Assembly: GCF_009914755.1 (NCBI RefSeq) | Contig: NC_060925.1 | Direction: 5' to 3' (one strand) | DNA from: the human T2T-CHM13v2.0 reference genome, Homo sapiens | DNA length: 64,000 bases | In this document: positions 13,445 through 26,965 of the stretch, piece after piece | How positions within the stretch are numbered: position 1 is the first letter of the stretch | How the letters are laid out: each line of letters opens with the position of its first letter | Program-made: the position numbers and the translations under genes | The notes under the pieces: model-generated | Seen by the model: the letters and a program-made list of their open reading frames with translations, nothing else | What the model was told of the DNA's origin: nothing | Database searches by the model: none

Positions 13445-14525
13445 AGGCTCTCCTCATTTCTCACCAAGAATACTGCAGTGGCCTTCTTGTTGGTACTGCT
13501 GTCTCCTGACCTTCCCTAACCTTTCCCACCACGGCCACCATCTTCACAAATACGTCTTTCACTGAATAATCTCATTCTCACTCTCCTTCTCAAAACTCTT
13601 CCAAGGTGCCTCACCATCAGGATAAAATCTCATCATCGATTTAGCATGTGAGACAGTGCCTGATGTGAGCTAATCCTGGTATCCCCCAGGGACCCTCATC
13701 CCCAACCTCCACTATCTTGTGCTCTGGTAACACAAAACTAAAATCTGAGTGTCATCTGAGTATTAGGCACAGTGCTGAATGCTTTCACTTTATATATTAT
13801 GTCATTTAATCCTCATAGCAACCAGATGGGACAGAGCAACTTATCCTCATTTTACAGATGGGTCCAAAAGTTAAGCCAACGTGATCCTAAGACCCATGTT
13901 ATTTCTAGGGCTGTAGTTTGGATTAAATTTGTTTATGTCCAGATATTTAAACTAATGATTAAGAAACCCTGGAGAAATAAAGCTACATGTTAGTTACATA
14001 CAAGAAAGATACACATTAAAATAATAATTCACTTACTGAAGTCACATTAAAGACATAGAAATGACACCCAACCCCATACTCTAGCTCATAACCACCTGTC
14101 TGACCTAATTTCCTAACAGCCCCTCTCCTGCTCACTGTGATTCAGCCACACAGGCCTCGGCTCTTCTCGGAATGGTCCAAGTCTGCTTCAGTTGCAGGAT
14201 CTTTGTGTTAGCTATTCTCTATCTGAAAGTGCATGTGCAACAAGCTTTTTCATGGTTCATTTTCTCACATCACTGAGATCTTTGCATAAATTTTACCTCC
14301 TCAGAGATAACTTTGCTGACCACATTTCCTAAGACACCACCATCATGTTCTGTTTTTCTCTTTCCTGTTATCCTTATTCATACCCTTACCATGACCTTAC
14401 AAGATTAGTTATTTATTTGTTATCTGTCTTCCTTACTTCACAGGGTTCCACAATGGTAGGGTCTGTATTTCTAGAACCTAGAACAGTATCTAACATGTAA
14501 TAAACACACAATTAATATTCATGGA
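13445..14525 (+). mobile_element. L2 fragments, with a minus-strand MIR at about 13760-13930
   Basis: 'tcatttctcacc..tactgcagtggccttct', 'cagccacacaggcctc', 3' end 'ctagaacctagaacagt...aattaatatt'. Confidence 0.7.
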
Positions 14526-14934
14526 AGAGAAAAATGGCTCCCAAACTCCCGAACATCTTTGACGATGACCTGACTGAGAGTATTAGAGTAGCTAGAATGC
14601 ATGGGGTCACACAGAAGTGGCTTGGGTAATTAGTGAAGAAGGGGAGAACAGTAGACATGTGGAGAAAAAACAGTAAACATGTGTTGGTGGCATTCATTCA
14701 ACAATGCACAGTAAAGAGAAAGGCCTGTTAGGGTCACACAAGTCCACGTCCTTTGAGGGGAGTGCCATACATTATGGAGATGAGTTGCATGAAGTAGACA
14801 CTCAGTAAATGCTTAAAATTATGAGTGAATCTCGGAATTTTATGGTTACCTCAGCCTACCTCCACCTGGTTCTACTCAGGTTCTGAGAGCTAAGGTGGGT
14901 CAGTGACTTTGTAAGTTGGAAGGGATTTAATATA

Positions 14935-15522
14935 CAGTTATCCCTCGGTGTCCATGAGGGATTGGTTCCAGGACCCCCGCAATTATCAAAATCTGCAGAT
15001 ATTCAAGTCTCTGGCATAAAATGGTGTCGTATTTGCATCTAACCTACACACAACCTCCTGTGTACTTTAAGTCATCTCTAGATGACTTATAAGTAATAAA
15101 GAGCAGGGAACCCAACCCCTAGGCCGCAGACCAGTACCAGTCTGTGGCCTGTTAGGAACTGGGCCACACAGCAGGACATGAGTGGCGGGTGAGCAAGCGT
15201 TACCACCTGAGCTCCACCTCCTATCAGATCAGCATGGGCATTAGATTCTCACAGGAGTGTGAACACTATTGTGAACAGTGCGTGTGGGATCTAGGTTGCC
15301 TGCTCCTTATGAGAATCTAACTAATGCCTGGTGATCTGACTGAGGTCTTCCATGAAACTGGTCCCTGGTGCCAAAAAAGTTGGAGACTGCTGATCTGGAG
15401 TATGTAAATAGTTGTTATACTGCATTGGTTTTTTAGTTATATTATTTTTATCATTATATTGTTATTTTTTTCTGAATATTTTTGATCCACAATGCGGAAT
15501 CTGTGATAAGAAGGGCCCTCTG
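14935..15522. mobile_element. MER2 (TcMar-Tigger) with TA flanks, interrupted by MER1B
   Basis: TA|cagttatccctcgg..gattggttccaggacccc ... aagggccctctg|TA. Confidence 0.88.
15104..15392. mobile_element. MER1B (hAT-Charlie)
   Basis: 'cagggaacccaacccc..ccagtaccagtctgtggcctgttaggaac...aactggtccctggtgccaaaaaagttggagactgctg'. Confidence 0.9.
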
Positions 15523-15897
15523 TACATTTTTTCAATCCTGTGATTAGAGTGGCAACAGGAATAGTCTGATTTCTGGTTCCTTTATTAGGCAGAAACTTTC
15601 CTGTAATTCTGAAGTTTGGCTCAGACTCAGCCTGTGGAGACTGGGAAACTGAGGACTAAGTGTGGATTCCAAAGGCCTTCTCTGTCGGAGTGGTTAGTGT
15701 TTGGCAAGCTTGATGGAGATTCTTCACTATGGGAACCACCTGATTTCTCAGGACGGCTTGAAATAGCTGGATGACCAGAAGCTCAGTCTACAGCAGTGTT
15801 TTTCAACCTACCAGTTGCAACCCTCGGTGGTTTATGAAATAAACATGATGAGTCACATCCAGCTTTTTAAAATAAAATAGAGTAGACAAACTCTAAC

Positions 15898-16421
15898 TGG
15901 TTTAGAGGAGAAAAACATCATTTCCTCACTCATCTTAGGTTCAGGACTGAAGCACCTACAACAAAAGACAGATTAACAAAAGAAGAGCATACAAATTATT
16001 TAAGTTTTACAAGACACGAGAGACTTCCTAAGAATACGAAGACCCGAAGAAGCAGTTTAAACCTGAGTATTTTTACGCCAGATTTGATGAGGAATGGACA
16101 GTTGTGGAGAAACATATAGGACAAAGAGGGTATGACCTAATGGTAATAAAGTGAGGGAAACTTAGCAAGGCCCGATTGTTCAGATTCTTCTCTGTGACCC
16201 TTCGTATTCAGATATCAGGATCTCTTTCCTCCAGTGGTATAGGGAGGGCACTTGTCACAAGAGGGTGTTATGACCTGTGTTGGGGGAAGGTCAGAAAATC
16301 CTTTCTGGCTTCAGGGAAGAAGGGCGAGAAGGGTGGAAGGTCAGAAGGATCTCTCTGCTTCTGCTGTTTCTTAACATGCTGAGGTGGCATATTTTGGGGT
16401 AGTGTGTCCTAAACCCCATCG
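15898..16421 (-). mobile_element. ERV1 solo LTR (MER31/MER67-like)
   Basis: 'aacaaaagacagattaacaaaagaagagcatacaaatt...ttgttcagattcttctc...catattttggggtagtgtgtcctaaaccccatc'. Confidence 0.7.
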
Positions 16422-16429
16422 CTGGCAGC

Positions 16430-17530
16430 CTAGAATCAAATATTTCAAAAATGAAGGCAAACTCAAGACATTTTTAGACAGCAGATGCACACTGAAGAAA
16501 ATACTAAAGATATTCAGGCAGAAGGAAAATTATGCCACACAGAAGCCTGGAGATACGGAAAGGAAAGAGCAACAGAAAAGATAAACCTTAGAGAAACTTA
16601 AATTATTATTGGCTGCATAAAACACAACAGTAATGTGTTTTGTTGTATAACACACCTCGAGAATTAAAATACATGACAACAAAGCACAAAAGTTGGGAGG
16701 GTAATAAATGGAGTCAAGATGTTCTAAGGTTCTTATATTTCTTGGATTGAGTATATACATAATGACATATAACATATGACACGTACCATTATATTACATT
16801 ATTACAGTGGTCATATTAGATTTTAAAGTCAAGTATGCATAATGTAATCTCCAGGATAAACACTAAAAGAATAGGAAAAGAATAAAGTAATTAAAAAATT
16901 AACCCAAAGAAGAAAAGAAGGATAGAAGAAAAGCAACATAAAAAAGGTGAAACAGAGCTGGGCATGGTGGCACCTGCCTGTAGTCCCAGCTACTGGGGAG
17001 GCTGAGGCTGGAGGATCTCTTGAGCCCAGGAGTTTGGGGCTGTCACTGCTCTGATCGGCACCTATGAATAGCCACTGTGAGACCTCATCTCTAAAATAAA
17101 AATAAAAAATAAAGAAAGAAAAAGTAAAGGCAGAACACATTTTTGAAATAGCATAATAGTAGGTTTCAACCCACATAAATCAATAATTACATTATATTTC
17201 AATAAAATAAAGTTTCCAATTAAAATACAAAGACTAAATAAATCAAACCAAATTCCAATTAAAAGACAAGGAATAAGTAAAACAAACAAAATACTGCATG
17301 GTGTTTACAAGCAATACAATGTAAATGTAAGAATATAGAAGGGTTGAAAAGGGTTGAAAATAAAAGTATATAAAAAGAAATACGATACAAACCTAACCAA
17401 AACAAACAGGGTAGCTATATTGTTATCAGACAAAATATATTTCAAGGCAAGAAGCATTGTTGGGGATGAAGAGTGATATTTCACAATGATAAAAAGGTCA
17501 TTCTGCCAGGAATATATAACAATTCAAGTT
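16430..17530 (+). mobile_element. Old L1M ORF1-end/ORF2-start fragment
   Basis: Remnant ORF1-like frame (IKYFKNEGKLKTFLD) and EN-like 'gtagctatattgttatcagacaaaatatatttcaaggc'. Confidence 0.7.
16956..17120 (+). mobile_element. Fossil Alu monomer (FAM-like)
   Basis: Monomer with 7SL-derived 'tgaatagccactg' and an A-rich tail. Confidence 0.8.
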
Positions 17531-17569
17531 TTTTTTTTCTAATAAAATGCTTTCAGTATACAGTCATCT

Positions 17570-20500
17570 ACCTTCTGCTCTACTGATTTACCAGTTCTGG
17601 GCATTTCATATAAATACAATATGTGGCCTTTTGTGTCTGACTTTCTTTCACTTAATGTTTTCAATGTTCATCCATGGTGTAGCATGGAAGCATGTATCAG
17701 TACTTCATTCCTTTATATGAGTAAGTCATATTCCATTGTAAGGATATACCACATTTAATATATTCATTCATCAGTTGATAAACATTTGGGTTAATTTCTA
17801 TTTGGGGCTTTATGAATAATGCTGCTTTGAGTATTTGTTTACAGGTTTTTGTGTAGATAAATGTTTTCAGTTATCTTGGGTATATTGCTAGGAGTGAAAT
17901 TGCTGGGTCACATGGTAACTCTGTTTAACTTTTGAGGAATTGCTAAATTGTTTTGTAAATTGGTTGCATGTTATTTTGCATTCCTACCAGCAAGGCATAA
18001 GGCTACCAGTTTCTCTGCACTCTTGCCTGAACATGCTATTGTCTAGTTTTTTTGTTTTTATTTTTGCAATTATAGTCATCCTAGTCAGTGTGAAGTGGTG
18101 TCTCATTGCGGTTTTGTTTTCATTTCCCTAATGACTAATAATGTTGAGCATCTTTTCATGTGCTTCTTGGCCATTTGTATATCTTCTTTAGAAAAATTTC
18201 TATTCAAATCTTTTGCCCATTTTTAATAGCTTTATTGAGATATGATTTGCATAACATATAATTTACCCATTTACAGTGTAAAATTCAATGGTCTTTGCTG
18301 TATTTGAATATTAGTTTTTCAAATTGTGGTAAAATCATAAGATCTGCCATTTTAACCAATTTTTAAGGGTACAATTCAGTAGTATTAATTACATTTACAC
18401 ACTTGTGCAACCATCACCACTATTTCCAAAACTTTTATCACTCCATACAAAAACTCTGTAACCACTAAACAGTAACTTTAAATCCCCCTTCCCCGCCTCT
18501 CCAGCCCCTGGTAACCTCTAATCTTCTTTCTGTGTCTATGAATTTGCCTATTCTAGATATTTTATGTATGTGAATTACACAATATTTGTTCTTCTGTGTC
18601 TGGCTTACTTCACTTGGCATAAAGTTTTTAAGGTTCATTCATGTTTTAGCATGCATCCGAACTTCATTTCCTTTTGAAACTGAATATTTCATTTGTATAC
18701 CACATTTTGTTTACTCATTTATCTGTTAATGGACACTTGGATTGTTTCCACCTCTTGGCTATATTGAATAATGCTGCAATGAAGATTGGCATACAAGTAT
18801 CTGTTACAGTTCCTACTTTCAATTCCTTTGGTTGTATACCTAGGAGTGAAAGTGCTGGATCATATGGTAATTCTATGTTTAGCTTTTTGAAGAACCACCA
18901 GACTTTTCCACAACAGCTTCACCATTTTATACTCCTACCATCAATGTACAAGGTCTCCAATTTCCCCACATGCTTGACAACACTTGGTATTTTTGGTTAT
19001 TGTTGTTGTTTTAACTCTAGCCGTGCTAGTAGGTATAAAGTGATATCTCATTGTAGTTTTCATTTGCATTTCCCTAATGACTAATGAGGTTGAGAATCTT
19101 TTCATGTGCTGTTGGCCACTTCTATATCTTCTCAGGAGAAATGTCTAGTCAAATACTTTGCCCATTTTAAAAACTGGATTATTTGTCTATTATTGACTTG
19201 TAAGAGTTCTTTATACATTTTGAGTACCAGTTCCTTATTTGATATATGATTTTCAATTTCACTTTTGTGATAATGTCCTTTGAAGCACAAAAGTCTTTCA
19301 TTTTGATTAATCTATTTAAAATTATTTAATTTTGATTTTAGCTATTTTTACTGTTATCATTTGTACTTTTATTGTCACATCTAAGAAACTGTTGCCTAAT
19401 CTAAGGTCATAGAACTTTACTTCCTTTTCCTTCTAACAGTGTTTTAGTTTCAGCTTCTACATTTAGGCTATAAAGCATGTTGAGTTAATTTTTGTATGTG
19501 GTGTGAGGTAGGAGAGTTTAACTTCATTCTTTTGCTGTGGATATCCAGTTGTACAAACATTTGTTGAAAAGACTACCTTTCCCCAGTGAATTGTCTTGAC
19601 TCTCTTGCTGAAAATCAATGAACCATAAAAGTAAGAATTTTTATGTCTGGACTTTTAATTCTATTCCATTGATCTATATGCCTTTCCCTTTGCCAATATC
19701 ACACTGTCTTAGTTACTATAGTTTTGTAGTAAGTTTTGAAATTGAAAAATGTGAGTCCTCCAACTTCATACTTCTTTTTCAAGACTGTTTTGTCTATTTG
19801 AAGTCCTTTCTTTTCCATGTGAATTTTAGAGTCAGCATGTTAATTTCTGTGGGGAAAAGCCATCTGAGATTTTCATAGGAATTATGTTGAATTTGTAGTT
19901 TATTTTGGGAAGTATTGCTATTTTAACAATATTAAGTTTTGCAATACATGACAATGGGATATCTTTTCACTTATTTAGGTCTTGTTAGTTTATTTCAATT
20001 ATGTTTTCTAGTTTTTAGTTTACAAGTCCTATAGTTCTTTTGTTAAGTTTATTCCATAATGAGAGATTTAAACACACTTTCTCAGCACCTGATGGAATAG
20101 ACACACCAAAAATAAAATCAGAAAATATATAAATAATATGTTATATGATTGAAAAAACTAATCTAATAAATACGTATGGAACATGATAATCAACAATGAC
20201 AGAATATATGTATTTTTCAATTGTACTTGGAAATTTTACAGTGAGTTTTACTATACAGTAATATAAGTCCTCAAACTTTGTTCTTCTTCAAAAATTCTTA
20301 AGCTAATTTTATCATTTGTATTTTTGTATAAATATTAGAATCACCTTGTCAATTACCTAAAAACTACCTGGGATTCTAAATGGGGTTGCACTGAATCACT
20401 GGTTTATGCTGGGGAGGACTGACATTTATATCATGTTCCTGTGTTGAAAGAATCCTCTCAACCCAGGAACACGATATATCCCCTAATTTATTTAGATCTT

Positions 20501-21100
20501 CTTTGAGTCCTCTAAATAATGTTTTATGGTATAGTGGTGTTGCACTTCTTTCTTTATGTTTATTGCTATTATAAATGGTAATGTTTACAAATATTATTTT
20601 CCAATTTGTTGTTGCTGGTGTATAAAAAGACTTCTGATATTTGCATATTGACCTTGTATCTAAAGAATAGCTAAATTAATTTCTTAATTATGTTTATCTT
20701 AGATTCTTTTGGACTTTCTATATTTACAATCAGGTTGCCTGTGAATGACAGTTTCCTTCTTTTACAGTCTTTATCCTTGTATGTCCTTGTTTCATTGCAG
20801 TTTCTAGGACTTCTGGTATGATGTTGAATAAAATTCTTGATAGCATGCATTTTATTCCCATTTTCAGGAGGAAGCTTTTAATATTTCACCAATAAGTACG
20901 ATATCTCTCTTAAGATATTTTGTTTTGTTTTTAAGAGGCCTTTTATCTTATTAAGGATGTTCTTATTCTTAATTTGCTAAGTATTTTTGTTCATTTGTTA
21001 TCATAAATGGGTATAGAATTTTAAAAACATTTTTACTGGAATAAACCCAACTTGGTCTTGCAATATTTCATATGGGAATTTTGCATCTGTGTTCATGGGC
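17570..21100 (-). mobile_element. Cluster of nested or abutting old L1MB/L1M fragments (a sense piece lies at about 20060-20240)
   Basis: Several antisense L1 3'UTR starts (about 17570, 18222, 18320) and antisense ORF2 sequence. Confidence 0.85.
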
Positions 21101-21450
21101 GAGAGATACTAAATAAGACATTAAATCCAGAGTGCTACGGGCTGATGACTATAAATGGACTTGATACTATAGGAGGACATATGCTAGGGGTACTGAACCT
21201 ACTGTCTGAAAGTGAGAGAAGGCGTCACATAAGAAGAGTACTCTCTAAGTTAAAGGGTTAGTAAGAGCAAGCCAGTTGATGATGACATGGGTAGGGGATA
21301 TAGCACATTCCAAGCAAGGTGAAGAACCTGTTCAAATTAAAGGTAGGAGAGAGCTATTTGTATTCCAGGAATTGAAAACCATTCAGTGTATCTGCAATAC
21401 GTGGCCCAGAGAGTAAGAAGAGGCCTGCATATGGAGGACAGAAGGCCCCA
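21100..21450 (-). mobile_element. L2 fragment
   Basis: 'cacattccaagcaaggtgaagaacctgttcaaa...attccaggaattgaaaa'. Confidence 0.55.
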
Positions 21451-23603
21451 TTAAGATCTATTTGGGTGGCTTTTTCATTTCTTGCTCACTTACACTAACA
21501 GATATTGAGATTGTGACCAATACTGAATTAATATTAGTATAGCAATTTTCCACTCCTGCTCTACATAGCCCAGGCATTCTGTAGAGATGTCCAGCGACTA
21601 GGTTAGGATGGAAGGTGGGGGCAGAACAAGACCCTCTCCTTCATCATCTATTTTACAGCCACCACTTCAACCAGAACATTTTCGTACTTATCTGATTTAG
21701 AAAATGAATTTCTGTACAAGATTTCATCTGAGGAAAGGTTTCTGCTGCTATCTATCTACCTATCTGATTACATATTATATATAAATACATATACGTGTGT
21801 GTGTATATATATATATATGTTTGAGTTCAATAGTTCCCAAGAAATGAACTATTCTCTCCGTAAACTCAAAAATCTGCTCCTAGGTAAGCACCCAACCTCT
21901 GTCCTCCAAAGGTAAGCAAGGGTGGGGGTCTTCTTGGTAGAATGTGGCCAGATGTTTTCAACATGCTGCAATGAAAATTTGCTTGAATGTTCCCACAGCT
22001 GAACTGCAAAAACTACAGAAGGGAAGGTAAGAGGAAGGAGAGAAAGGGGAAAAGACGAATGTGAGCACGAGCATTTGCAGGGACCTTGGAAAATACATTT
22101 TCTGAAAATACAAGGTCCCTGCAAAAGCTCAAATGGAAGGCTTCTTAAGAGGACTTTTGGAAATAAAACAAGCTTCATGTCACTTGTGCCTTTATTTTAG
22201 GGGCCAAAATGGTAAGCAAAACTGAGTATTTCTCTTCCCACCCTCTATGTCATCACACTCCACCCCCTAGCCCTGACTATTGCGAAAGGATAATTTGAAT
22301 TTGGCAGAAAATGCAAAAACAGTTCATTTTCCTAAGACTTTGAAAAACAACAATTAAAACCATCTCAAACACCTTGAACATTAATTAATTCTTTTCCAGT
22401 TAAGCTAATAGCCTTGTGAAGGCAATAAGCTCATCTTGTTAATATACACTGGAACATTTACTCATTATCTCTCCTTATCTACCTGTCTTATCTATCTTTA
22501 TTTGGACTTTTACAAAATAGTTACTGAATTGTGTGCACCAGTAAATGCATTAACTCAGTGCAATTTCATGGAGATTTATGCACCTGCAATGTCGAATATA
22601 TTAAGTTTCCATAAAAGCTTGGCATTTTGGGTATGTTCTTTCCGAAGACCCTATGGGGTACATTTTCAATGTGGAGAATGATAAGCAGGAACCAAAATCA
22701 ATGGGCTTAAATTATTAAAATTCTAGGCAGTCGTTACAGATTGGGTCAAGTATTATAAAACTTACAGTTCATCAATTTACTTTCAATATTAATTTTAGCT
22801 TTGTGCCTTGCCATGAAAACCATGAGAATGGAAAGCATGTAACATCTCACTTACAGCTGACACAGAAGGGAAGTGACTCTGAAATATAGACCCTCTCAGC
22901 CTCTGGGGAAGATTTATGTGGCGAGGATCACTCTCCTTAGAGTGAGACTGCAGGTGAGTGGCAGGTCTGCATTATAAATGCCTGGGGTAACTATAAAAAC
23001 ATAAATGGTATCAGGTTATTGATTTTTTTTTTCTTTCTGGAGCTCACAAATTAGAAAAGTCACTGCTAAAAATCACTGGTCTATCCACAAATTTTAATTA
23101 AAGCATAAATAAGTCATTTTAGTTGCTGCACTTGCATATAAACAAAGGGGGAGATGGCATCCTTACAAATGCTTGTCAACATTTGGTGACTAATGGCTCA
23201 CAGTGAAAATACAATCTGAAGCAATTGAATTGAAAGCAGATTCTGGAGCTAACTAATATCACATGCAAACCATCTAAAGCTATTATGGCAAGAGGCATTG
23301 AAACCACAGATCAGGTTTTTCTGGGGAGTGGGGGATGAGGATAATTTTGTTAGGTAGAGCAATACTATTTTTTTTATTAAATAAAGTGAATCCCTGTAAT
23401 GAGATATTACAGCTGCTGTACTTTCACCACATGATGGAGGAATGGATACCCCACTCCTACAGCAAACAGTAACCACATGCTGCAGTGATTCAAAATGTTG
23501 ACTTTATTCCTAAATAAATACATAGCAAGGACTAATATAAATAGGTCTTTAGAAAATAGGGGTTTAGGGGGATGTTCTGAGCAGTCCTAGATCCCATTAC
23601 ATC

Positions 23604-23634
23604 AAAAAAAAAAAAAAGAGAGAGAGAGAGAGAG
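23604..23634. repeat. polyA-(GA)n microsatellite
   Basis: Seen directly. Confidence 0.9.
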
Positions 23635-24039
23635 AAATTGAGATAGTGAGTATTAAAGGAATTCTCGGGGGATTTCCATTCTTGGCATGGACTCAGGAAG
23701 CCAGGACATGACCTCCGTGTTGTGTTCCAGCTTTGGGGTAAGCATGTGGAACACTCCTCTACAGGTATAGTGGGAGAACTCCCCTATTTCTCCTTCAAAA
23801 TTAGGGTGATGCAGAAGTAATGGGACACTAGGCTTGGCTGTTGCCACAGAGAGGGGGCTATGACTGAGTGACCTATGGTCAGCATGTCTTAGTACAAGGT
23901 TCTGCACTCAAGAGGAAGATGGGCCTTCCGTGAGTGTCTATGCAGTCAGAATGGAGGCTCAGAGAGAGCAGAAAGCATGCTGTCCATTGTAACTCCTTAT
24001 TTGTCAAATGTTAGTAAAAGAAAGGATCAATTCTTTTCC

Positions 24040-26965
24040 CATTCATTCATTCAGTGAATAGGCATTCATTATATACTTTCTATATGCTATGCATAATGTT
24101 AGCTATTTGAGAATACAAAAATCATAATACATAGTCTCCGCCCTTCAGAAGGAGTCACAAGTTATACAACAAAATATTCAACACAACGTAGTATTTTAAT
24201 AGCAGCATCCTAAGGATACTAAGGAGAGCCCAGAGGAAGGCAAGGTTTAATGTCGAATGAAAAGAGGCAGGGCCAGGGAAAGCTTCACAAAGATGATGCT
24301 GTTTACATGGAATCTTGTCATATGAATGTGCATTTGTCAAGTAAAAAGATAAAATTTCCAAACAACTGGAATTTGACCTTTTCTATGCTGAACCTTGTCT
24401 ACTTACCAATTGTTAAAGGAAGGAAAATTTTATTTAAAATAAAAAAAGTTATAGTAAAGACATAGAGAACAAATCCTGAATCCAGACTACCTAACTTTAA
24501 ATCCTAGCTCTACCACTTCCTGGCTGTGGAAATGTAGGCAAGTTACTTAACTTGTCTGTGCTTCCAATTCCTAATCTTAAAAATGTGTGTCATAATAGTA
24601 TATACCTCACTACCGTTGTAAGAGAGAAAGAGGAGAGAGAGGAAAGAAAGAGAATGTGTATGATATTGTACATGCTTAGTGTGAGAGTTCTGTAAGAGAA
24701 GGAGGTGGCATTTGTGACTAAGTGGAGTGTTCAGATTTAGAAGTAAGTGGCATTGGCAGTTGAGATTGTGAGCACCCTGAGATTAGGGACTCTGTTTTTC
24801 TGTTTACACCTATTCTCAGTGCCTAACATGGCAACGGGCACATAATCAACGCTCAATAAACGTTTGCCATCAGGCAAGTATAATAATTTAATAATTATTA
24901 TACTTGTGTGTGTGTGTGAATGTACATGTGAATGTATGTCATGTGTCTATATATGAATGTATGTGTGTGTGGTTACAGTGCTTGTTGTATGCTAGTCACT
25001 GTACTAAGATATTTACAAGTATTAACTCATTCAATTCCTACAGTGATAGTAAGGTATGCACTATTAGGACTCCTGTTTTATAAGATTAGGAATTTGAGGC
25101 ACAGAGAAGTTAAGTAACTTGCCTAAGTTTCCAGATCCAGGAAGTGGTAGGGCTAGGATTTAAAACTAGATAGTCTGGCTTCAGGGTTTGTTCTGTATGC
25201 CTTTGCTATAGTGTTTTATCTGTCTTTTTCCTTTGTTTTCTGCCTTTATTGGTAGCATCACCACTTAGCCAGTGGTCCAAACCCAAAACCTGGAAATCAT
25301 CCCTGATTCCTTTCTCTCCCATCTCCAAATCTCATCACCAAGCATTTCCCATTTTATCTCTAAAAGTGACATCAAGTCTACCTCTTCTCCATCCTGATAC
25401 TGAGTCACGGAGTTCAAACTGACTGCCATGGCCCCTGAACCAGCCTCCAATTTAGCTCGTCATGTGCCCAGTTCCCTGAAGGAACTTTTCAAAGTGGAAT
25501 CTGGCCATGGCCCACTCACTTTAACCTCTTAAGTGAATCCTCACTGTGTACAGTGTACACAGCATGGAATTCAAGGTCCAAATGAATCAAGCCTCCTTAC
25601 ATCAAGTGACGCTGAACATCTCCAGCCTCATCTCAAACCACTCCCTGACTCACATTTTATCCCCCTTCAATATGGAGCTACTTTTGTCCTCCACATGCTC
25701 CTCTCCTTCCCCTACCCTCTGGGACTCCACCCCTCTGGGAAGGTTTCCTACCTGCCCCCTCTGGCCAGCGCCCCTCTATTCTATTCCCTGTACCTTCCTG
25801 TGCGTGACTCTTACACTGTACCCTTCCCATTGATCATTGTGGGTAATGACTAATGATCTGTGTGTGTGTCTCTTACCCTGCTGCACAGTGAGCCTAGCAC
25901 AGCTGCCTGGCATAGAGAAGGAGCATTAGAAATATTTGTGGGAAGAATGCAGTACTTCATCAACTTTAACATGACTTTTTTGAGAGGTGCACTGTTATTT
26001 TATATACCACTAAGGAAAAAGAAATGCTGCCAATTAAACTTATACTACATATTCTTATCACATCTATTATATGACACATCCCAATTGCAGAGATGTTAAA
26101 ATGGGAAAGACAGGCTTTTAGAATCCCTGAAATATGACAACTAAAATTGTCTTTATGACTTTATCAGAATAGTGCAGTGATTAAGTCACAGGCTTTGGAG
26201 ATCAAAATCCTGTCTCTATCATTTACTGGGTGTGTGAACCTGCGCATATTACATACCCTCTCTGTGCCTCATTTATAAAATGAGGATAATAACAGTGCTT
26301 TGAGGGTAGTAATTCCTGCTTTGTCCAGCCATACCATTCCTGAATTTTGGACGTTGAATGCTGAAGCCATTGCCTTTCTAGAATGGTCTATTATGTATCT
26401 TGATAGACATATGCTTGTCTGCCCTTTGGAGAGCCAACCCTCACCCCCTTTCAGTTGTCTTGCTCAATTCATGTGATTCTGATGGGGTGTTGACACCAGC
26501 TTCCTTCCAAAGCAAGTGAGGGGACTGAGGAAGGGGGAAAGGGAAGGGCAGGCAGTCACAGCCAGCAGGCCTGACCAGCCAGAGCGCACTATGCTACTTG
26601 GCCGCAGCAACTGGTTCAAGGCAAAAAGTAACACTAGAGTTCAGGTGCTGGTTAAAGAAGTGAATGTACAGAAAGCCATTGAACAGTACCTAACATATGG
26701 TATGCACAGAATAGCTATTCACTAGTATCATCATTATTACTGTGGTGAATGAACTATGTTGTAATGAAGCCTGAAGTAACTACAGAAGTCTGTAAGCCAG
26801 ATGCCATATTCAAAATGCACCCACGGATTTTCTGTAACAACTAGAAACTTGCTAGAATGTGAGCTTTATGAGGGCAGAGATCTGATTTGTTCACTATATC
26901 CCAGGCACCTAGAATACAGGCTGGTATATGGTAGATATTTTTTAAAAATTGTCAACTGAATGAAT
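24040..26965. mobile_element. Mosaic of L2 (24040-24340 -, 24770-24870 +, 25250-25950 +, 26850-26965 +) and MIR (24470-24620 +, 24970-25190 -, 26170-26310 +)
   Basis: L2 ends 'cattcattcattcagtgaata' and 'gctcaataaacgtttg'; L2 'aaacctggaaatcatccctgattcc'; MIR cores 'gaggcacagagaagttaagtaacttgcc' and 'ctctgtgcctc'. Confidence 0.75.
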
